A stretch of DNA of 43,153 nucleotides, taken from contig NC_068981.1 of NCBI RefSeq assembly GCF_001194135.2, positions 43,456,156 through 43,499,308 on the forward strand, read 5' to 3'. The stretch's first letter is position 1. Every line of letters begins with the position of its first letter. Made by a program: the position numbers and the translations under genes. A model generated the notes under the pieces. That model worked only from the letters and a program-made list of their open reading frames with translations. It had not been told where the DNA came from and searched no databases. The stretch comes from Octopus bimaculoides (lineage: Eukaryota). Positions 11,734 through 22,809 of this stretch are shown one piece after another.

Positions 11734-13509
11734 GAATTCCTCGCCTTTGTTTAGGTTTTAATAAAGTTAGTGATGGTTGGACAGATTTTTATAAATTTTG
11801 AGGTTCTTTGCAATTCAGTTATGAGAGACACTCAAAAGCTTTTTTATAGTCCATCCAGGCTGTAGAGAAGATCTTCCTTCTACTCATGACTTTTTCCAAG
11901 ATGGCTTTGTTGATAAGCAGCTGATCCTGACAGACTTAGCTTCCTTTTTGGCACATGTGTAATTCCTCTGTATGATAACTGATGTGAAATTCTCGTACAT
12001 GGTTGGAAGGTAGGGATAGGTCTGTAATTTTGGGAGTTTCGACTCTTTTCAATCTTAATGAGAGAATATTTTATTTCTTCTGTAAGCCATTTGGGGTATG
12101 AATCTGAGTCTTCAGGATGTTGTTATATGCCAATGTTAGATCCTTAATCAAAATGTTATCAGTTCCATTACACCCCACTGATTTTCAGCTGATTTTTATT
12201 GATGACATATTTAGTTTCTTCTAGTAATATATTAGTCTCAGCTTGAGCTTTTACTTCCATATGAAGCTGCTGTTCTTCTTCGATCCAGTTTGTGCACTTA
12301 TGAGTTTTGTTCTCCCAGATGTTATTCTATACAATTTCCTTCTCTAATGGGCAGTGTTTGGTTTATGTCTATTTCCTTTTCCTCCAGTTCTCTTTAGAAC
12401 ATTTTAGCATAGTTTTTGAAGGTATTTTTATGCCCATAGGATTTATTTCTTTTTTGTCATACCATTGAGCCTTTGTACTTTGGCCTGTATCTGTTGTTCT
12501 AAGGACTCTTTTGCTGTTATGAAGTTCATTTTTCCTTTTATATTGTACTGCATTTTCACTCTGTTCTTTCTGTTCATTCTTCCTTTTGCTTCTGTTTATT
12601 TATTTATCCTTCTGTTTTTTTTTTCTCTTGCAAATCAAGTGTCATATCAGGTAAATGTAAGTGAAAAGAATATCTTATAAAATAAGGATACAATTAATAA
12701 TAAGAAAAGTGAGACAATTACCTATGAAACAGAATTTATCCAGTTAACTATTTATCATGATACTACTAGAAAGACAGCTTTCTAAAGAGGAAATGAATAC
12801 CAGAGGGAACGTGTATGTTCTATTTAGCGGTTTTCATAATGATTCCTTTTTCGATTTCTTCTACCAGTCATAATGATCTCCTAAATGTTTTGATATCTTT
12901 TCCTATTTTGTCTCTCTATCTCTACTTTTTCCATTGTTTCTGGGAATGTTACTCTGGTTTTATTGATCATTTCTTCAATAACAGTTGCAGAGGCATAGAT
13001 CATTTCATTTATTTCAGTAATGGACAGTGGTCTTGCTATGTCTTTTTGAATCCTGTCAACAGTCTTATTAATAGTATTGTTAATTTTATACAAAATGTTT
13101 CTTTATTTTGGCAATTAGAAGTATATACTTTACTGATGTTTCCTTGACAATCACCCATATTTGTACAATCTGTTATTTTATTTCATTTGTCTTTTCATTT
13201 TCTGAAGCCTTTTCTGCCTCATTAGTAGTATTTTCACTAGTGGATTTCTTTCCTACTGTCTTGGACTGACATTCTCTTGCTAGTCCCTGAGAAGCTTTCT
13301 GGCTTCTCTCACTTACTTTTCCTTTGATAGTATCAAATTCAGAGTCAGTCAGCCTCTTATTTCTAATGATGTTATCTGGTGTTAGTGTCTTTGATGACAT
13401 CAATTTTTGGTCTTACACTTGGCTGTCTCTGAATCCATATACTGTTGGTACTTTTAGTAACAGAATATTATTGTTATTATTATTATTATTGTTGTTGTTG
13501 TTGTTATTG

Positions 13510-13660
13510 GCTTCTGAGTTCAAATTCTGCTGAAGCTGACTTTGCCTTTTATCCTTTCAGGATCGATAAATTAAGTACCAGTGGAGTACTGCGGTTGAGG
13601 TAATCAACTAAACCCCTCCCACAAAATTTCAGGCCTTGTGCCTTTAGAAGAAAGGAATAT
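13510..13660 (+). mobile_element. tRNA-derived CORE-like SINE, 5' truncated (octopus OR-like family)
   Basis: gagttcaaatt B-box-like motif, ctttgccttt.atcctttc.gg.tcgataaa.taagtacc core; homologous to 15685. Confidence 0.75.
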
Positions 13661-13794
13661 TATTATTATTATTGTTGTTGTTGTTGTAATTGTTGTTGCT
13701 GTTGTTATTGTTGTTGCCATCAGTATTGTTGTTGCTGCCACCACTGCTGCTGCAACTGTTGCCATCATCATCATCATCGTCATCATCATCATCA

Positions 13795-14065
13795 TCATTA
13801 TCATCACTTAACGTCCACCTTCCATGCAGGCATGAGAGGAATGGTTTGACAGGAGCTGGCAAAGAAGAAGCTTGCATCAGACTTCTGCAACTGTTTTGGC
13901 AGGAATTTTACAGCTGTATACACTTCCTAACACCAACCACTCAGCAGAGTGGACTTAGTGCTTTTTACATGGCACAAGCACAAGCAAGGCCAGTGTTGGC
14001 AAGGTTTTTTACACCTGGATGCCCTTCCAAACACCAACCAGTTTATAGTGTGAATTGGGTGCTTT
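13795..14065 (-). mobile_element. RTE-family 3' tail
   Basis: cttaacgtcc...ttccatgc...ctacagctg...ttcctaacaccaacca preceded by (CAT)n. Confidence 0.75.
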
Positions 14066-14109
14066 CATTATTATTATTTCACTAATGTATGCTAATTTAG
14101 TTAGCAGGT

Positions 14110-15600
14110 ATTTCATTTTTAGGTTTGATGACAACAAGTCTCCTCAAATCTCAAGTGCCAAGTGCACCAATTACTATAGGAATAATTGTTGTCTTGATCA
14201 CACACAGTCTTTTCGGATGTCTGGCTAGATCTTGATATTTCTCAATTTTTCCAATTTCTTTGGTATCGACTCTATCATAGGGAATTGCAAAATCTATGAT
14301 CTTACACTGTTGGTTCATTTTGTCCTCTGTGATCATATCCAAACTTCTTGCTTCACTTGTACGATCAGGTTTTATGTATATTGTAATTCCCATTTTCTAT
14401 CACAACTTCTGGTTCATATTCATACTATTTTTCTGTTGTTTTGAAGCCACACACTGTGTAGCCACTGTTTTGCCTATACAGTCATGTCCGTGTTTATATT
14501 CCTTTTGTACTAGTATACTGCACTCACCCAAAATGTGCTTGATCGTTTTGTCTCCTTTCCTAGAAATTCTCCATTTGCTATCTCTCTGAGATTTGTCAAT
14601 CATTGCTTTTATCAGATCTGATCTAAAGGCTTGCTCCTGAGTGGCTATAATTAGCGTTTCTGTCTCTCATTTCAAATTTCTATCTACAAGTTAGAGCCAG
14701 CAATCTTTACTTTCAGCATTCTTGGTTTGTTGCCTGACTTGGCCATGTGATTCCATTTCTTTCCATTTGTTTGTTCGGTTGGTCTTTCTTTTCTTCTCTT
14801 TGAATTGTTCTATTGTTTCAGTGACTATTTTGAGTATCTCTGGCTGTGGATAGTATTTTTTCTTTACCTTGTTTGACAACTTTTCATACCCATTATTGTG
14901 ATAGTAACAGTGTCTTCTCCATTCAGTTGTCTTCTACCTTATTTTCTTGGTAGATAGAGTTGGTTAGTATTATTTTTGGGATGGTGTGTGCATTGAAAAC
15001 AGCTTTCATTGAAGTTTTGTAGCTCGACTTTTGTCCTTTTCAGAAAAAGAATGGAGTACCTCAATACAGGCATAGCCCTTGAATTCATGTTCTCTTCATT
15101 TAATTTTGTTTTCAGCACCTTCCTAATTCTCCTCTCATGCTTTTTAGTGACTTTCTCTCTCATTTCTCCTTTCATTATCGTATTGTCTTGCAGCACTCCT
15201 AGGTATTTGTATCCCTCATTATTCCACTCCTTCAGATTATTCTTCTGCATCTTCAGGTCACTCCTCTGCATCAATATCATCAATATCTGTCTTGGCATTC
15301 ATATCACTTGTAAACTGACAGCACATTTTTTTTCCTTCCATGTTATTTCATTTTTTGAGTTCTTTTCCTCTAAGCTTTTCATTATATAATTTTGATCAGT
15401 TTTGATGATACTGGATTTCTGTATATGCTTCAGCAATGGTTCAATGACATTTTTTACATACCACCCTAAGCTGTTTTCCTCTGCTATTGCACAATCCAGA
15501 CAAATCGTCAAACCTCTCCCATCCTTTCTTCTGGACAAATACAACCTATCAATTTTAGTCATTCACAGCCATCTTTTTTGTCTTTCTATCTTATTTTCAA
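14110..15600 (-). mobile_element. R4/Dong-type 3' region (RT end, CCHC knuckle, restriction-like endonuclease); two tandem pieces
   Basis: EGYKYLG, LYLSRRKDGRGL, TIKHILGEC...EYK..HD, CKIIDFAIPYD...KIEKYQDL...IPIVIGALG. Confidence 0.9.
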
Positions 15601-15606
15601 CATCCC

Positions 15607-15658
<52 letters not shown>

Positions 15659-15682
15659 ACTATTATCATTATTATTATTATT
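15607..15682. repeat. (TAT)n microsatellite
   Basis: Direct reading. Confidence 0.95.
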
Positions 15683-15684
15683 AA

Positions 15685-15900
15685 GACAGTGAACTGACAG
15701 AATTGCTAGCATGCCAGACAACAAGCTTAGTAGCATTCTGTTCATATTTACATTCTGAATTCAAATTTTGCTAGGGTCAACTTTGCCTTTCATCCTTTCG
15801 GAGTCGATAAAATAAGCACCAGTTAAACACTGAGGTCGATTTAATTGACTTACTCCGTACCCCAAATTTCAGGCCTTGTGTCTCTAGTAAAAAGGATTAT
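15685..15900 (+). mobile_element. tRNA-derived CORE-like SINE, near full length (OR-like)
   Basis: A/B-box-like head plus cctttcatcctttcggagtcgataaaataag core. Confidence 0.75.
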
Positions 15901-15934
15901 TATTATTGTTGTTGTTATGTGTTTTGCTGACACA

Positions 15935-17098
15935 GACAAAAAAAATTATAAAAAGTGACCTGCTTCTTTATCAAAAGAGAAATATTCTAAGCAGACTTCA
16001 TCAATCCACTTCTTTTATTTGTTAGAACTAGCAGCATTTACCAACAGAAATGGACTAGGAAATAAAAACAATGGAAAGACAATCAACCATTTTTGTATAT
16101 GGACAACCTCAAGTTGTTTATATGCTGCAAATGATAAACAACTTGAAACATGGCTGCTGACAGTGCCAGGAAAATTGATGAGATTTGGCTTAAAAAAATA
16201 TGTGCAAGCAACCTTGAAGAAAGGAAAAATTAATTAAGAACACTAATATCATGCCAGATAAAGAAACTATGAAATAAATATAGACATACAAATACTTAGA
16301 AATCAGTGTATTAGACATTGTATTACACATAAATGAAAGAAAAGATTAGGAAGAAATATTATAGATGCATTAGATTAATACTTAAAAGAAAGCAAAACTC
16401 AAAAATAAGGTAATAGTCATCAGCACTCAAGCTATCCCATTAATAAGTTATAATATTTTCAATTACATGCTAAACGAACTAGTATGACAAGAAAGAAAAG
16501 CATGAAGAATAATTTCATATAGAATACATCAATCAGAATCTAATATAGAAAGATTGTTTACAACAAATATAGAGGGTAAGGTCTAATGAAACTAGAAATC
16601 TATTATAAAATATCCACTGTATTGCTACATAAATATTCTATGAGATAAAACTGCTGCAAATAACTACAAATAAAAGTTTCCATATGGTCAATACATGAAA
16701 ACTGATAAAGAAAAATTGCAAAACTAGGTAAGAATAACAAGACTCAAAGGAGTCTTAATTATGGCACAGAATAAAAAATTTCCCACCAAACTACCAAATT
16801 TATGTAACTGTATTAACTGTATGACAACAAAAATATCCAGTAAATAATTATAGATACTACCAAATGAATAATAGAAATCACCAGAAAGTACTGAAAGTAT
16901 AAAGCAGTATTCTGCAGAATATGTGGGGATGGGGAAGAATCAATTAACCACATTGTCTCTGGACTTGAAAGAAAGAATACAACTACATGCATGACTGAGT
17001 TGGAGCTTGCATACACTGGATGTTAGGTTAGTATTATGAAATGCCAATGGAAAAGGGGTGGTACAGGCACACACCAGAAAGGGTCTCAGAGAAAATCA
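15935..17098 (+). mobile_element. R4/Dong-type RT to CCHC fragment, heavily decayed
   Basis: MRFGLKK.VQATLKKGK, YKYLEI, CRICGDGEESINHIVSG, KWYRHTPERV. Confidence 0.75.
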
Positions 17099-17102
17099 AA
17101 GT

Positions 17103-17340
17103 CAGTGCTGGATTAGCTATTAAGCAAAATAAGCATGTGCTCAGGGCATCAAGGGACGTGGGGCACCGCAGAAATGGTAAATGATTCACGGCACAAAAGA
17201 AATCACTCTAAAATTGCTAAAATAATATTCGAAGTGGTTTATATGATCAGAAATATAATTTCAATTGTTCATGATGTCATAGCGAGGATCTGATCAATGA
17301 CTTTGCAATTAAACAAATCAAGAGAAAACTTTTCAAATAT
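17103..17340 (+). mobile_element. hAT-derived non-autonomous fragment
   Basis: Starts CAGTGCTGGATT...TCAGGGCA (hAT-like terminus) and includes EDLINDFAIKQIKRK, resembling the hAT transposase C-terminus. Confidence 0.5.
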
Positions 17341-17349
17341 AAATAAACA

Positions 17350-18078
17350 GGTGCAGGAGTGGCTGTGTGGTAAGTAGCTTGCTTACCAACCACATGGTTC
17401 TGGGTTCAGTCCCACTGCGTGGCACCTTGGGCAAGTGTCTTCTACTATAGCCTTGGGCTGACCAAAGCCTTGTGAGTGGATTTGGTAGATGGAAACTGAA
17501 AGAAGCCTGTCGTATATATGTATGTATGTATGTATGTATTTATATATATANNNNNNNNNNNNNNNNNNNNNNNNNNNNNNNNNNNNNNNNNNNNNNNNNN
17601 NNNNNNNNNNNNNNNNNNNNNNNNNNNNNNNNNNNNNNNNNNNNNNNNNNNNNNNNNNNNNNNNNNNNNNNNNNNNNNNNNNNNNNNNNNNNNNNNNNNN
17701 NNNNNNNNNNNNNNNNNNNNNNNNNNNNNNNNNNNNNNNNNNNNNNNNNNNNNNNNNNNNNNNNNNNNNNNNNNNNNNNNNNNNNNNNNNNNNNNNNNNN
17801 NNNNNNNNNNNNNNNNNNNNNNNNNNNNNNNNNNNNNNNNNNNNNNNNNNNNNNNNNNNNNNNNNNNNNNNNNNNNNNNNNNNNNNNNNNNNNNNNNNNN
17901 NNNNNNNNNNNNNNNNNNNNNNNNNNNNNNNNNNNNNNNNNNNNNNNNNNNNNNNNNNNNNNNNNNNNNNNNNNNNNNNNNNNNNNNNNNNNNNNNNNNN
18001 NNNNNNNNNNNNNNNNNNNNNNNNNNNNNNNNNNNNNNNNNNNNNNNNNNNNNNNNNNNNNNNNNNNNNNNNNNNNNN

Positions 18079-18121
<43 letters not shown>

Positions 18122-18359
18122 GTATATATATATATGTATGTATGTGTTTGTGTGTCTGTGTTTGTCCCCCCTCAACTTCGCTTGACAACCGATGCTGGTG
18201 TGTTTATGTCCCTGTAACTTAGCAGTTCAGCAATAGTGACCGATAGAATAAGTACTAGGCTTACAAAGAATAAGTCCTGGGGTCGATTTGCTTGACTAAA
18301 GGCGGTGCTTCAGCATGGCTGCAGTCAAATGACTGAAACAAGTAAAAGAGTAAAAAGAG
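17350..18359 (+). mobile_element. Full-length tRNA-derived SINE (OK-like) with internal TA microsatellite spanning a gap
   Basis: A box TGGCTGTGTGG, B box GGTTCAGTCCC; head 17350-17512, tail 18140-18359. Confidence 0.85.
17551..18078. other. Assembly gap
   Basis: 528 N inside (TA)n. Confidence 0.99.
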
Positions 18360-18439
18360 CATGTGGAAATAGAGGTAATTTGAAATACTGAAACAATTAC
18401 TATGATAAATCTTTCTAATTTTAACATGAGACCAGAAAT

Positions 18440-18625
18440 TCCGATGGAAGGGGTACGTCAATTACATTAAAGCCAGTACTCAACTGGTACTTAATTTAAT
18501 GACTGAAAGGATGAAGGGCAAAGTTGATCTCAGGAGCATTTGAACACAGAATGTAAGCAGCTGACAGAAATGCCACCAAGTAAACTTTTTTTCTTGTCCA
18601 GCATGTAAATGATTCTATCAGCTTA
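18440..18625 (-). mobile_element. CORE-like SINE (OR-like), diverged
   Basis: actggtacttaattt...aaggatgaagggcaaagttga is the reverse complement of the core at 13510 and 15685. Confidence 0.65.
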
Positions 18626-19623
18626 TTGTCTTAATCTCTGATTATTGATTTAAAAACATGCAAATAAAAATATGCCCCAAACTACAGTACTTAGAAATAA
18701 GCACAATGTACAGAATACAGCATTAAATGTCATTGCACAGATATTACCTGAATATCATTTTGAATACAATAAAGAAAATCCAAATTCAAAACAAAACACA
18801 GTGATTCTGAATGTGCTGAGAGCTTTGCTCAGTAGGGCAGTGAAAGCACACAATTAAAAAAGAAATACTGATTAATAATAATTACACATACATTTTGCTG
18901 AGAAATCTTTAATTACATTTGAATAAGTTTATTGACAAGCATTTTTATAATTTTCATATTTGCATAATTTTCATTTCAAAACATAGGCTGTCTAGTTGTT
19001 TGTTTTGATTGTTTAAATGTTAAAAAATGCTGTCAATATTTCACCTCTGTATACACACAAGATAATTTTAAGTATGTGGGTGTAAAGGATTTGCTTTAAT
19101 TTTAATAATGATTTGTATTGGCTAAAATCTTTATAAAGTTTTAAATAGTAAAATGAATAAGGAAGCAGAAATTGATGTAGTGATTTTAAAATCTTAAAAT
19201 TCTAAGATGACTTTCCTTCAATCTGCAGCATAATGTTATTATGTTGGCTGTCAGTTTGGCTGAAAAATTCAGTATGAAATGAGGTTGACTGAATGTATAA
19301 CAGCTTTTATTCAAGTAATGTAAATCTTCCATCATTGTCAAAGACAGTGTGGCTTAACACATCCTTTGCCTTTAATATCTCACTTGCTAACATATATCCA
19401 ATAAGCTTTGCAGAATGACATGAAAATTTGACCTGCTTCTCAACTGTCTTAACTGAAATAATATATGCTACGGTAAGTGGAAAGTTTTGCATTTTGTAAT
19501 GTTGGAATTGGGTTGCTTTGTTCTGAGTTCAAGACTACTTACATCCCATATAAGCTTTAGTTTTTAATGCATTTAATAAAATAATGTATAATTAAAGGTT
19601 CCTTTCTATTTTTATCTTATATA

Positions 19624-19830
19624 GGCGTAGGAGTGGCTGTGTGGTAAGTAGCTTGCTTACGAACCACATGGATCCGGGTTCATTCCCACTGCGTGGCACT
19701 CTGGGCAAGTGTCTTCAACTATAGCCTTGGGCTGACCAAAGCTTTGTGAGTGGATTTGGTAGACGGAAACTGAAAGAAACCTGTCGTATATATGTTTATA
19801 TGTATATATGTATGTGTGTGTGTCTGTGGT
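19624..19830 (+). mobile_element. OK-like SINE head plus microsatellite, tail missing
   Basis: Close match to 17350-17520. Confidence 0.85.
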
Positions 19831-20124
19831 CACATCTCTATCAAATCCCACCCTTCATTTTTATAAAAGGTTGGATAAATTTGATTTTGTAATCCAGGTG
19901 GCCCAAACCTGAAAAAACAATTGATGATAGAAAAACACAAATGATCACAGTTGAAAGGCTTTTGATGATATGTCTCCTCTATCAGAGCTAAACTGAAGTT
20001 AAGCAACAACAAAAACAATGACATAGCCAAACTGCCTAGAAAAGGATACACTTGTGTCTTAAGAATGGAACATATTTCTTCATTAAACAACCTCTGTCAC
20101 TCAATGAGGCCTGAGTACAACCCA

Positions 20125-20546
20125 TTCTTTTATTCTTTCATTTGTTTCAGTCATTTGAGTGCAGCCATGCTGGAGCACTGACTTTAGTTGAACAAATCAA
20201 CCCAGGAATTGTTCTTTGTAAGCCTAGTACTTATTCTATTGTTCTGTTTTGCCAAACCGCTAAGTTATGGGGATGTAAAAACACCAACATCGGTTGTCAA
20301 GCGATGGTGGGGTGACAAACACAGACACACACGCATACACACACACGCACACACACACACGCACACACACACACACACACATACGATGGGTTTCTTTCAG
20401 TTTCTGTCTACCAAATCCACTCACAAGGCTTTAGTTGGCCTTAGGCTATAGTAGAAGATACTTGCCCAATGAGCCACACAGTGGGACTGAACTTGGAGCC
20501 ATGTGGTTGGTAAGCAAGCTACTTACCACACAGCCACTCCTGCACC
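20125..20546 (-). mobile_element. Full-length OK-like SINE with internal (CA)n
   Basis: Reverse complement of both head and tail of the 17350 copy. Confidence 0.85.
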
Positions 20547-21489
20547 TATTTATGAAATAGAATAATTAATTAGTACATAAATATTGTAGACAACATTCAT
20601 AAATAGGTCATCCCACTGATCACCAAACCTTCATTTACACACTACAGCCACTTGCACAAAATTGCTGTAGAAATGGCTTCTTTTCTTCTTTCAACTAACA
20701 GGTTGTTTGCTATTCCATTCTCTACTGTGATCTTTACTTCACATTCATCTGACCTCTACATATTCATGTTAGAAGAACCATTTAATTGTATGTGTCAAAT
20801 AGAGTCAGGAGATAATTTTAGCCTGTTTTCACCTCCATTCATCATGCTGTATGATGAAACCAATGTAAGCTAATACAGAACTACTAGCATAGTCTTTCAA
20901 CCTCTTCAAACGCACAAAAGTGTGTTTACGAATGGAAGGATGATATTTTCTAATAGAAATTCTATTTCATAATTGCACCTGTGTCTATTTTCTCTGTAAT
21001 CTTTATTCCACCACTCTTCCTAAAACCCATGCTAAATATTTCAAACTTTTGGCACTTTCTTTCAGTTCACACTTTCATTAGGGATATGAAACAGGCAGCT
21101 TCAGCCCTATGAGGGAAACTGTATGCAATTTCTGAAGCTTCTAGAAACAGCTACTAAATATTCTCTAACATTACAAACAATTTGAAAACAAAGGAAAAAT
21201 TAGAAAATGTCCCAAATATACAAGATATATAGGATAACCAAAGCTGGAATATCATTGAGCATAAATCATAGGTCTACTAAATTAAGTCTCATCTAAACTG
21301 GAACTAACAAAAATTCCAGTTAAACATCAAAAGAAAAAATCTTAATGTCATGGAAAGGCTCATAATGTTTATGACATTTGCTCCATTACATTGTTTTATG
21401 TATAAAACAAGCTACTTGTCAATATCATGCATACATCTTTCTCAAACCTCTATACCTAAATTTCATGGCTCCATTTATTATATTCTATA

Positions 21490-21680
21490 AGTGAAGTGCA
21501 GAATAGAATGCCATCTTGTAGTCTAGCCATATCATTAAGATATTACAGCAATGCTGCTTGGCTTCCTTAAGGACAGCTTTGTTGAGAAACTGTTCAGCAC
21601 AGCCCCAGACTCCTTTCTTTCCTCTTGCCTGTTCATCAGTTATCACACCATTTGTTTGGCAGTGGTCTTGAAGAAACATA
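21490..21680 (-). mobile_element. R4/Dong-type RT fragment
   Basis: ITDEQARGKKGVWGCAEQFLNKAVLKEAK...IWLDYKMAF. Confidence 0.75.
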
Positions 21681-21772
21681 TTCAGGTGACATGTGTACAG
21701 TTTGTATGTATGTATGTGTGTATGTATGCATGTATGCATGCATGTATGCATGTATGTATATATGTATGCATG

Positions 21773-21774
<2 letters not shown>

Positions 21775-21803
<29 letters not shown>

Positions 21804-22135
21804 GTTTAACATCTGCTTTCCATGCTAGCATGGGTTGGACGATTTGACTGAGGACTGGCGAACCAGATGGCTACACCAGGCTCCAATCTGATTTGGCAGA
21901 GTTTCTACAGCTGGATGCCCTTCCTAACACCAACCACCCTGAGAGTGTAGTGGGTGCTTTTACGTGCCACCGGCACGAAGGCTAGTCAGGAGGTACTGGC
22001 AACAGCCATACTCAAAATGGTGTATTTTATGTGCCACATGCACAGGAACCAGTCCAGTGGCACTGGCAATGATCTTGCTCGAATGTCTTTACATGTGCCC
22101 CGGCACAAGTGCCAGGAAGGTGACAGTGCCATCAT
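21775..22135 (-). mobile_element. RTE-family 3' UTR and tail
   Basis: Close reverse-complement match to 28980-29262. Confidence 0.85.
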
Positions 22136-22785
22136 GATTTCGCTGCATGTATGTATGTATTCATGTATATATGTAGATGTGTGTATATATGTACATAAGT
22201 ACGTAATCTCTTATTTTTGTATATATAAGACTTAATCATTCAGTGTGTCTATTTATATTTAAGCAAGGTGAAAACTTGTAAAATAGTGAAGTATGGAAAA
22301 GAAACAAAACATTAGGGAATTAACTTTTAAACATTTACAAGAAAAATTCAGAGTTATGCAACAGTATAACTCTCCTTGCTATATGTGAACAATATTTCTT
22401 TCATTTCTAGAAAAAAAATTGCTCTAGTTTTGTCATGGTTAGACTGTGGGTGGAAGTAATAGAGAAGTGAACCTGAGTTTAGGGATAGTAATATGTAAAG
22501 AGGGAGAAAGTGGTCACAGCTAATGAACAAAAGCTAGCGAGAGAGAGAGAGAGAGAGAGAGTAAAGAGGGGTAGGGGAGAGAGAGAGAGTAAAGAGGGGT
22601 AGGGGAGAGAGAGAGAGAGAGAGGAAGTGTGTGCTGTAAGCTTTGAACAATAAGAGCAATATTCTTATTAGAATATATTAAAATTGGAATTTTTGAGATT
22701 TTTCTGTTATTTTAGATTATTTAGAATTATTTAGATTTTTATTTAGATTATTTAGAATTTCAGTTACAGATATACATATACTTAC

Positions 22786-22809
22786 TCTATGATCATTGCA
22801 TATAAGAAT
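22786..22809 (-). other. Candidate 24-nt microexon
   Basis: tctttcatctttcag | 24 nt | gtaagt. Splice signals only. Confidence 0.3.

Larger units (their letters stand above)
10770..13460 (-). mobile_element. R4/Dong-type element from N-terminus through RT, decayed, with two nested insertions
   Basis: IIRNKRLTDSE (13173-13403), AWMDYKKAF, KCEIFEGDLLSLLLFCIAVAPL, SELNATYK..INTL, PVVAYIFNI...LKKLHAKSHKML. Confidence 0.85.

Noticed and set aside
17350-17430. tRNA genes
   Set aside because: The A/B boxes belong to SINE heads that continue into SINE body; no cloverleaf.
17445-18222. ORFs over 200 aa
   Set aside because: They consist of N-gap and microsatellite; likewise 41334-41850 apart from the MULE-like tail.
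19307-19492. Protein-like 61-aa minus ORF, and plus donor GTAAGT near 19468
   Set aside because: No recognised homology; the plus-strand exon has stops in all three frames.
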